Assembly: GCA_028534125.1 (NCBI GenBank)
Contig: CM052817.1
Coordinates: forward strand, 60,886,001 to 60,950,000
Origin: Lama glama
Lineage: Eukaryota
Direction of reading: 5' to 3'
Length of the DNA stretch: 64,000 bases
Numbering within the stretch: the first letter of the stretch is position 1; each line of letters begins with the position of its first letter. This document shows, piece after piece, positions 54,566-64,000 of the stretch. The position numbers and the translations under genes are program-made. Under the pieces are notes generated by a model. The model was not told the origin of the DNA. It made no database searches and saw nothing but the letters and a program-made list of their open reading frames with translations.

Positions 54566-55329
54566 GCAAGAGTCAATTGTTTGCCGTGTTGTGTCGTGCT
54601 GTGCACAGAGAGTGCTCAATGTATGTGCATTGAATAAATTCAGGGAAGCTTTTCCTCACAAGATATTCCAGAGAACTGTTATTATGTTCTCCTAAATTGA
54701 ACTGATTATCAGAATCATTACTCAGAAACATCTGCTTAAAGAGGCTATCTGAGATTTCTGTTCAAGGGGTGCAAGAGCATCACTGTTGCAGCTATATCAT
54801 GTGTCTAGTGCATGCAGGGAGGCTGTCTTTAAAACAGATGCAAAAAACAGACTGTCCCAGTAACAGTCATAGAGATGAAAATATTTTGGAAACTTCCATG
54901 AGAGTAAATGCAGGAGTCATTACTATTTATTACTCTGTAAGGGGCAAGAACTCGATTTAGAATGAAAAGAGGTGATAAAGGAGCCTCAGAAATATAGAGG
55001 TGCCCTGATCTGTATGCTCACCAAGAGCACAGTAGGTTGCCGGCTCCCCTCCATCAGCCCTCCTCCCCACCCCGCCTTCAGAGATTCCTGTGCCTCCAGC
55101 AACTTCACATCTGGGAACTAGGGCAGGGGTTGTCTTCTCCTTGGCTCTCCTTGCAGACTGACGGATAGGCTTTCTCAGCAATCACTTGTCCATCTGTTTT
55201 CATTTTGTAAAATTGGTTGACACCTTTTTTTAATGTTTCTTGAGCCATTCTCTTTGTCCTGTGGGTTTATGCCTTTTGTGTCCTTTTCCTGTCATATTAA
55301 TGATGTTTGAGGAGGGCATCTGTATGTTC

Positions 55330-55850
55330 GATTTGAAACAATTAACTGGAACCGTCTTATTATTCTAATTTGCATTTCCTGGTTGAAGATGTTTTTCATC
55401 TTTATGGACCATTTTTACTACTCCTTCATGAATTGCCTGCTCTTATCTTTTGGCTGTTTTTCTATCAGGAACTAGTCATTTTCTTATCAAGTTTAGTAGT
55501 TCCTTTTTATATTCTGCCTATTAACTCATTGTGTGTAAAATGTCTTGCAAATATTTTTTCCAGTTTGTCATTTACTTTAATGTTTTTTGTACATGAAAAA
55601 TATTCTTTCCTTTTTTATGTATGATAGTTTGTGGAGCTCTTTTATTATTAAAAATTATTATTAATTTAACATTTTAAATTATTCAATTGTTGAGTTATTA
55701 AATCTTCCAGTGGTTTTATGCATAGGATGTTCTTATTTAGCCTGATGTCAGTAAAACACGTACATTATCTTCTAGATACGTTTATAATTTCATATTTTCA
55801 TATTTAATGTTTAATTCACCTGGAATTTATCTTGTCATATAGTACAAGGA
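55330..55850 (-). mobile_element. Old L1 (L1ME-like) fragment
   Basis: T-rich ttctaatttgcatttcctggttgaagatgtttttcat..cttgcaaatattttttccagtttgt..tttaattcacctggaatttat. Confidence 0.6.
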
Positions 55851-57338
55851 GAGATTTTGAAAATTAATTGAGAAATATAGCATGTACACCACCAAACAGG
55901 TAAAATATAGACATATACTATGAGCAATTTAACAAATAATTTTAAAGCAAATACCTATCCTACCACAATGCGAATTCTTGTCTCAGGATCTACTTTTGGG
56001 AGAATCCAAACTAAAATAATTCATCCTGGAAATGGTCCAGGAAGCATCTCCTCAGAGGGATTTCTGGAATTGGATCCCTCACTGGCCGGATGGCAGCAAA
56101 GGCTGCATTGCTCATGATAAGTAGGTTGCACGACCCCCGGTGAGCTGTAGGGGCGCTGTTACTAGGAGTGTCACCTGTGCTGACTGGAGCAGGGTGCAGG
56201 AGGGGGAGGATGAGTTTCTGTAGCATGTCTACCATTGGGGACACACGGTGTCTGCGGTTGCCATGAAAGACTGCAGATATGGCAGGTTAAGAACCACGGG
56301 CACACCGCTGAAAGAAAATGGTGGGTTCAGGTCAGCCAACCACCAAGGCAGGACACAACATGAGATCTGGAAAACCTCTATGACACCCACATTTACTGCA
56401 GCCAGAGGGCAGTACAGGCTGACAATTAGGCCGGATTATGTGAGTAGCAGAATTGTAGAGAAGGCTTCCTACAGAGCCCTGGCACATTTACCATGTGACA
56501 CTTGAAGCCTTGAGACAGAAGAAGGAAGGAACTGAGGATGGGATGGAGACATATGGATCCCCATGCTCTGCTGGCCTCCCAAATCCCGAAGTGGCCCATT
56601 TCCTTTTGTTCAAGAACAGCCAAATCCTTTAGCCTGGAGAGCAATCAAAGACCTCACATGAGTAAAACGACTCACAAGATCATACTTGCCTTCATCAAGA
56701 TTTGCCTCAGCTTTCTCATCATTTATGGGCATAAAGCTAGGGTCAAGGCTCAGCATGGCCCACCTGGGGAAGTACTATTCTTATTTTGGAAGCAAAGGGA
56801 CCATTCACCAGAAGTTCTTCAAATATCATGCTGGGCTGGACTTCTTAAACTTGGGAGAAGCATTGACCTACAGTAAATGAGGTGGAAATACCAAAACAGC
56901 TTTAGAAGAGTTTTAGGGAAAGGGGAAAAGGCTTAGAGAAGAGGACATGCTTGAATGGATTTAATGCTTAAGACCAGAGAATTCTTTAGCTGACAACGCT
57001 TCCCAGGAAGGCCAAAAAGAAATTCTCTTCATTAAATCAGAAAGGGAAGTGCTAATGTGTGGAGGATGGCATTGCTGAGAAGATGCAGTGAAGCTGTCCT
57101 TTCCAAGCTGGGATGTAGAGTCAGGAAATTTCCCACAGACAGAGCTCATGGCTGTCAACAAAATGATAGGATTCTGGAAGAGTAGAGGCCAGGGGGTGTC
57201 ACTTGACTGTCAAAGTCAAGGTGGATGTAATTATTATATTGGGAAGCAAAGCCAGAATGTAAACTGGAGACCCTGACCCCAGGGGATCTGTGCCAATAGC
57301 TATAGACCACAGTGTTTCAAGGGCACATAGATGGATAG

Positions 57339-58259
57339 TGTGGTAGGATGAATAATGAACCCTCCAAAAATGCCCACATTCTAATTTCCTGAAACCTGTG
57401 AAAGTATCACCTTACATGGGGGAAGGGTCTTGCAATATGATTAAATTAAGAATCTTGAGATGGGGAGATTATGCCTGATCATCTGGGTGTGCCCAGAATA
57501 ATCACAAGGTTCTTTGTAAGGTAAAGGAAGCAGGAAGCAGAGTCAGATAAGGGGACCTGACAACAGAAGAAGATGTCAGAGAGGAAGATATTCAAAGACG
57601 CTATGATGCTGGCTTTGAAGATGGAGAAGAGGGCCATGAACTAAGATGTGCGGCAGCTTCTAGAAGCTGGAAAAGGCAAGGAAATGGGTTCTCCCCTAGA
57701 GGCTTGAGAAAGAGCCCAGCCCTACTGACACCTTGACTTTGGCCCAATGGAACTGATTCCAAACCTCTAACCTCCAGAACTCTGAGGTAATACATTTGCA
57801 TGGTTTTAAGCCACCACATTTGTAGTAATTTGTTGTGATAGTCAGTTTTATGTATCCATTTGGCTAGGCTATAGTACCCAGTTATTCAATCAAATACTAA
57901 TATAGGTGTTGCTGTCAAGGTATTCTGTTCAAATCTACAATCAGTTTATAATCTTTTAAATGAAGGAGATTACCCTCAATAATGTAGATGCGCCTCATCC
58001 ATTTAGTTGGAGGCCTGAAGAACAAAAAGTGAGGATTCCCCAGAGAAGAAGAAATTCTGCCTCCGGCCCACAGCCTGCACCCCTGCCTGAGTTTCCAGCC
58101 TGCTGGCTTGCTCTGCAGATTTCAGACTTGTCAGCCCCTGCAAACTCATGAGCCAAATTCCTGTAAATACGTAAGTATTATAGAATCTCCTTTTGACTCT
58201 GTTTCCCTGGATAACCCTGATCAAAACATTTGTTCTAGTAACCTTAGGAAATGAAAACA
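57339..58259 (+). mobile_element. MLT1D-like MaLR solo LTR inserted in the ERV-L relic and split by an MLT2 insertion
   Basis: Starts TGTGGTAGGATGAATAATG, has the typical body ctagaagctggaaaaggcaaggaaa and ends ggaaatgaaaaCA. Flanks GATAG (57334-57338) and GGTAG (58260-58264) match 4/5 as a TSD. Confidence 0.8.
57834..58228 (+). mobile_element. MLT2 (MLT2D-like) ERV-L solo LTR nested in the MLT1D-like LTR
   Basis: Runs TGTGATAGTCAGTTTTATG..ggctaggctatagtacccagttattcaatcaaa..accctgatcaaaaCA. It has a perfect 5-bp TSD TTTGT (57829-57833 and 58229-58233). Confidence 0.85.
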
Positions 58260-60580
58260 GGTAGCCAATAATGGTATTGTTTGATCTATATAGCAGCAAA
58301 GACCAAAAGTAGGTAGGTCACAGATTGAGGTCAGACATCAAAATAAAAAAGCACCAATCTTCTCTTAGTTTCTACGCTTGAGCAAGTTTGAGCCAGTCAA
58401 TGGAAGGGAAGACCAATTTCCCCCTGAGGAGTTCTCCAAATCTTTTAAAAATGGACCCACATTAGTTTTACCTGGGAAATATAATGTAATATACCTAAGA
58501 AAGAAAAATAACACAAAACATTTAAAGTTTTGTTGAGTAAAGAGTGTGAGCTGACATGGATACCAGGAGAACCAAAATGCTCTCATAGAACTTTGTTACA
58601 GTGGGAGCATTTCAAGGTCAGGTGGATAAAGAGAAGCCTGCCCAGGTTAGCTGGACAGGGGGCCAATGAGTACAAACACTGTGGTCACTTCTCCACTGCC
58701 TAAGTGAGTCAGTTAGATGGCTATGCTTAGCAGTTGTCATAAACCTCACGTTTGCTCCCTAAGCCTCGGATTAAAGGCCGCAGTGGCAGAAAAGGCCAAG
58801 CGAAAGCCTCTGAAAGTATACTCCCTCCAAGACGGTAAATCAGAAAAATACCACCTATTACATGGAACTATGGGGATTCAGCATCGCTCTCTAAGGAGTG
58901 CACCACCAGCATCGTGTCCCTGTTTAACTTGCCCCTCTGACACATGCAAAAGTCAGATGGATCAGAGCAGCTGCCAGCAGACTGTTGGGAACCTAATCAA
59001 GTGGTTTCCCCACCCTCAGGTGCTGGGCTCAGCTGCACATATCATGCAGCTATTGATCTAGTGGATTTCCCAGGAAGGATGGTGAGGAACAGTTTACATT
59101 CACTTGGAATGATTACCTTCATTATCTTGACCCAGGGTCATGTTAACATTCCTGTGATAGAGGGACCTTGTTTACTTGGAACTTCTGCAGAACCTCAGGC
59201 TGGTCCATTCTACTGATGGCATCACTTTAATTGGACCTGGGGAGCAGAAAGTAGCTTTATAAGAAATGCCCTTGTGAGGCACATTATGCCCCACAAACAG
59301 TGATAAAGGTATAAAAATCCAGGATCCTGCCACACTGGTGATGTTTTTAGACCTTCAGAAGTCTGTGACATGCTAAGACACACCCAAAGAAATGAGCAAG
59401 TTAATACCCCTTGCACCTTTCACCACTAAGAAAAGCGTAATGCCTGGTAGTCCTTTTTGGATTTTGGAGAAAGCGCATGCCACATTTAGGAAAACAAGCT
59501 CTGACTTATTTGTCACTTGACTCAGACAGCAGGTAGCTTTGAGTGGAGCTTTGCAGCAGATTTAAGTGGTGGAGAAGCATCCTTGTCCCTGAGATCATAC
59601 AGTTCAGCAGAGCAGAGCCCATGGTGTTAGGGGTATTTGTGGAACATAAGGCTGCCATTTAGAGTCCTTTGCAAGCCCCAGTATGAGAGTCCCAGCACAG
59701 ACCCGTTTGGGCTTGGAACAAGGCTATGCCGTCTGAAGCAGAGAACTATTCACCATTCTGAAAGCAGAGCCTGGATGCTACTGGACTTCAGCAAGATTGA
59801 AATACCAGCCAAGGGATATTAAAGTAATTGTGCAGCTGGGGCTGCTCACCTTGATCTGGATACCACATTAATCATAAGTTTGGCAGGGGCAGAGGGTGGG
59901 AGGCATAATAGGCATCCATCACATTGTGGAAAAGTAGATTCTGGATTAGACCTAAGCAAGTTCAAGACAGCGTAAGTAAGTCATATGGACAGGTGTCCCA
60001 GACCCTTCCATTACTGAGGGACATCAATGCCTCACCTTCAGTGAGTGAACGGAAAGGGAACAGCTAACAAAGAAGGGAAAACTGAGGCCTGGCTCATGGA
60101 TAAGTTGACTTGCTATGTTTGCCAGCTGACAGTAGGCCACCATTGCCCTACACTTCGCATCAGAGAAGGCCCTAAAGACAGCGTGGAGGGGAAGTCCTGC
60201 ATGGTTCATTTTACCATCAGCTTTCTACGAAGAAAGCAATGGCCTAAGGTGAGTATAGACATAGATTCCCGGGCTGGTTAATCAAGGACCAGGAGGGAGT
60301 AAGACTGGAAAAGTGGAGGCAAGGAGATATGAGGAAGAATCATGTAGATGGACCTCCGGGAGTGAACACAAAGTGTGCAGATCCTTATGTCCCGTACCAA
60401 CATCCGCCAGACACCATTGACCACAGAGGAGGCACTGGACAACCAGTGGCACCAACTCGTCCACTGGAAGTCAGCCAGCTGCTTCCCTCTGCCGCCCCGG
60501 TGCTGAACAGAATAGCCTCACTGGCAGGCATGGAGGCTGACAGGGGAGAGATAAACATTAAATAAACAAAACAATTACAG

Positions 60581-60813
60581 CTCTTTGCCACATCTACCAC
60601 GAGAATGAAGACCATTCTCAGCAATGAGACTGTCGACATTCCAGAAAATGTCGACATCACTCTGAAGGGACGCACAGTTATTGTGACGGGCCCCAGAGGC
60701 ACCCTGCGGAGGGACTTCAATCACATCAATGTAAAACTTTCTCTTTGCAAAGAAAAAGAAGAGGCTCCGGGTTGACAAGTGGTGGGGAAATAGAAAAGAA
60801 CTGGCTACTGTTC
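60581..60813 (+). pseudogene. RPL9: RPL9 processed pseudogene, 5' part; the rest is lost in an assembly gap
   Basis: A 5' UTR-like ctctttgccacatctaccacgaga precedes ATG at 60605, giving [43 protein letters not shown]. After a 2-nt deletion near 60740, [21 protein letters not shown] continues in another frame. It is intronless, with a premature TGA at 60773. Confidence 0.93.
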
Positions 60814-61313
60814 NNNNNNNNNNNNNNNNNNNNNNNNNNNNNNNNNNNNNNNNNNNNNNNNNNNNNNNNNNNNNNNNNNNNNNNNNNNNNNNNNNNNNNN
60901 NNNNNNNNNNNNNNNNNNNNNNNNNNNNNNNNNNNNNNNNNNNNNNNNNNNNNNNNNNNNNNNNNNNNNNNNNNNNNNNNNNNNNNNNNNNNNNNNNNNN
61001 NNNNNNNNNNNNNNNNNNNNNNNNNNNNNNNNNNNNNNNNNNNNNNNNNNNNNNNNNNNNNNNNNNNNNNNNNNNNNNNNNNNNNNNNNNNNNNNNNNNN
61101 NNNNNNNNNNNNNNNNNNNNNNNNNNNNNNNNNNNNNNNNNNNNNNNNNNNNNNNNNNNNNNNNNNNNNNNNNNNNNNNNNNNNNNNNNNNNNNNNNNNN
61201 NNNNNNNNNNNNNNNNNNNNNNNNNNNNNNNNNNNNNNNNNNNNNNNNNNNNNNNNNNNNNNNNNNNNNNNNNNNNNNNNNNNNNNNNNNNNNNNNNNNN
61301 NNNNNNNNNNNNN
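60814..61313. other. Assembly gap (exactly 500 N)
   Basis: Run of N. Confidence 0.99.
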
Positions 61314-61584
61314 CTTAGGCCTCCTGCCAACAGCCAGAGCTAACTCTCCCTCCATGTGAATGAACCATCTGGGAAGTGGGTTCTCCAGTCCCAGTCAAGC
61401 CTTCAGATACTAAAACCTGAGCTGACATCTTTACTAAAACCTCATGTGAAACCTTGAGTCAGAACCATCCAGCTAAGTAGCTCCAGAATCTCTTACCCAC
61501 AGAAACTATGATATAATAAGTGTATGTTGTTTAAATCACTAAGTTTGGGGGGAATCTATTAGGCATTAGTAGATAACTGATATA
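61314..61584 (+). mobile_element. MLT1 (MLT1F/E-like) MaLR LTR, 3' half
   Basis: gccaacagccag..ccagtcaagccttcagat..cccacagaaactatgatataataag..ctaagtttgggg..tagataactgatata resembles the remembered MLT1 3' end. Confidence 0.75.
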
Positions 61585-61929
61585 GATACTACAAAACTGT
61601 GAAGGAGTTTATAATTCCTGGTGCTCAGTGAAACTTAAGTAAATTTAAGAGCCATAATGAATGCAACTCTAAACTTCTCTAACGAGCTATTGGTATAGTG
61701 GTAGGCCCAGAGACACCTTGCTTTCACTTCCTTGCTGAAGGATAAATGGTAGTTCCAGAGATGACAAGAGAAAATTTCCTAGAGAAGGAAGCATTTAATC
61801 TAGACTTGGAACTTTAGGTTACATTTTAGTGGATAGGACTGGAAAATAGATGCCTGGATTAGCATATTGGCAGTGACAGAATATATAAGTTCTGAGAACC
61901 ATAAAGTAGCTGAATAGAGCACAGGGAAA

Positions 61930-62112
61930 CTTCTAGAAAAATAATTCTCAGAGTGGGACATCTCGGGGGTTTATTTAAAATACAAGCCCTGGGTCACTTT
62001 CACAAAGTTGATTTGGCAGACTTAATAAGGGCCCAGGAACCTCTTTGTAATGACTATTCCAACTGGTTCTCATGCAGGTAGATGATCCTTGAAATACAAT
62101 TGGAGAAACTGT
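61930..62112. mobile_element. MER5-like hAT-Charlie MITE
   Basis: ttctcagagtggg..gggcccaggaacct..ggttctcatgcagg..ttggagaaactg. Confidence 0.45.
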
Positions 62113-62239
62113 GTAAAAGGGATAATGAGACCTCAGTCTATAAACAAAGATTAGGACCAGATAACTGGGATTTACATGCTGATCTGGGCTATGTGGTTGA
62201 TATATGATAGCCAGTGAGACACTGCTGAATTTTTAACAA

Positions 62240-64000
62240 GTTTTTATTATGAAAATTTTCATGTGTAAGTACAACTAATTGTCTAATGCATCTTTACATC
62301 ACCTATATCTAGCAATTGTCAAGATTTTTGTACATTTGCTTCATTATTCCTTTTCAGTAGACCTCATGTTATTTCATCCTTACATGCATGTAAATGTGGT
62401 TCCAAAGGTACAGACATCTTTTTAGATAACCACATTGCCTTTATCACAGCTGGAGAAAATTAACAGTAACTTTGTTGGTATCATATAATACTGAACTTAT
62501 ATCCACATTTTATCAACTGTTTAAAAAAAAAAAGTCCTTTTACTATTGAATCCGAATCCAAACAAGGTCCAAACAAGGTCCACACATTGCTTTTCATGCT
62601 ATATCTTGGGCTGTCTTGCTCAAGAGCGATCCTTCCTCACCTCCCTCCTTCTTCTTTGTTGAAACTGAACATTTGTTCTATGGAATGTTACATGATGTGG
62701 GTTTGCCTTTTTGCACTCTTGTGGTGTCATTTAACTTAACATGGTATCCCCCATCTTTAAGTTCAGATTCATTTTCTTCTTTTTTTAAAGAATACTTCAT
62801 AGGGGTCTGAGTACTTCATAATGCATGAAAAATTAGGAAGCATAGAATATCAGTGTCTTCTTAGGTGTTAAAATTGATGAATGAGTTCAAATGGTGACAG
62901 ATTGATTGCTATATTGTCAAATTCCCCCAACAAACTTTGGTCTAATTTCATTCGTTGTTAATGATTGCTTAAATAAAATTTTTCATTAGAGGTTGCAAAA
63001 TGTTGATTTTTCTATATTTTATTTTTTCTACCCTTATTAGATGGAATTATTCTGAAAATAAATTTCCCAGGCGAACTGAGACCATTTGATTACTCTGAAA
63101 TACCATTTATATAGGATTGATAGGATAAATGCTTAATTCTTTCTCATAATTGCCAACTGTTAAGGTAAAGTTACAAACAATAGTTGACAATACTTTTTGG
63201 GGTTTTTTTTTGGTTTGGTTGGTAGGTTGGTGGTTTTTCATGTTTGTAAACTGATCAGAACACAGCTTAAAATAATTCATTTTGACTTGGAAGTTTTTAT
63301 TTTAAATAACCTACAGAGGAATGCATTTCAAGTTAACATTCAATTTTTGGCATCTCTTGAGAAACATTTTTTGAGTTCTTGTGAATTGAATAATCATCAA
63401 AACCTGAGAATTCATAAACCCATTAGATACATACTCTGTGGCCAGGCAGAACAAAATTTAACTTGAGGTTTGAGCAATAACTACAGGCCTTAGTGCTTGT
63501 ATAATACTTGGATAGATGTGAATAGGTAACTAGACATGTAAAGAATAAACTAAATATGCCTGCATGGTTTTGTTTTCCTTCATTTTTATTTGAGACCATC
63601 GTAAACTTACAGAAAAGTTGCAAGCACAGTGTGAGGAACTTTTCACCAAGCTGTCTGAGAGTAAGCTGAGTAGTCCCTAAAAAGGAGAACATTCTCTTCT
63701 CTTATATTACCACAGTAAAACCAGCAGAATCAGGAAACTAACACTGCTCCCATCTATTTCCCAGACACCATTCAAGTTTTCTCAATTGTTCCAATGATGC
63801 TCTTTATTAGAAAAGGACAGTTTAGATTCAGGCATCAGATTTATTATCAGGTCTCTTTATCTTCCTCTAGCCTGGAATAGTTCCTGAGCCTTTGCCTTTC
63901 ATCATCTTGACACTTCTAAAGATTACAGGATGGCTGTTTTCTAGAACGTCCTTCAGTTTGAGTTGGTTCGATGTTTTCTCTTGATTGGATTCAGATATGC
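62240..64000 (-). mobile_element. Old L1 (L1MB/L1MC-like) 3'-end fragments
   Basis: ttattatgaaaattttca..gaatccaaacaaggtccacacattgc.. and aaacttacagaaaagttgcaag..aatcaggaaactaacact..ccattcaagtttt. Confidence 0.6.

Larger units (their letters stand above)
55970..60560 (+). mobile_element. Decayed class III (ERV-L; HERV16/ERV3-16A3-like) provirus: 3' remnant of the 5' LTR plus gag-pol relic
   Basis: LTR-end-like tcttgtctcaggatctacttttgggagaatccaaactaaaata lies near 55975-56017. Pol motifs include KAKRKPL (about 58790), QKSDGS..NQVVSP..YHAAIDL (about 58950-59060), TFIILTQGHVNIP (about 59115), LVHSTDGITLIGPGEQKVA (59200, a degenerate YIDD motif) and DWKSGGKEI*GRIM*MDLRE* (60303, RNase H region). 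Confidence 0.8.

Noticed and set aside
49103..60365. Many Trp codons converted to TGA/TAG in the Gypsy and ERV-L relics as an APOBEC3 hypermutation signature
   Set aside because: The elements are very old and G-to-A transitions are common. I also noticed these sites because Trp anchors the motifs. A context-specific count against a consensus would be needed.
22900..64000. ATOH1 or additional GRID2 exons downstream
   Set aside because: No bHLH-coding ORF, CpG island or further GluD2-like coding sequence was seen. ATOH1 presumably lies beyond the window.

Overview
Mammalian genomic DNA, most likely a camelid: it carries three copies of a tRNA-Ala-like SINE that I recognise as the camelid type. 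The window holds the 3' end of GRID2 (glutamate receptor delta-2) on the + strand: about 17.5 kb of intron, the last two coding exons (17542-17782 and 20404-20826, ending in the PDZ ligand GTSI) and a roughly 2 kb 3' UTR. About 41 kb of repeat-rich intergenic DNA follows, with two 500-N assembly gaps. The most notable signal is a heavily decayed but collinear Ty3/Gypsy chromovirus-type (sushi-like) pol fossil at about 48.7-51.1 kb. It reads RT end, RNase H, integrase, GPY/F region and chromodomain, and is interrupted by L2 and MIR insertions. Also present are a decayed ERV-L provirus (about 56-60.6 kb) containing nested MLT1D-like and MLT2-like solo LTRs with visible target-site duplications, a frameshifted RPL9 processed pseudogene, and a 1 kb solo LTR with intact termini in the GRID2 intron. 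Repeat subfamily names and protein consensus comparisons come from memory, not from database searches.
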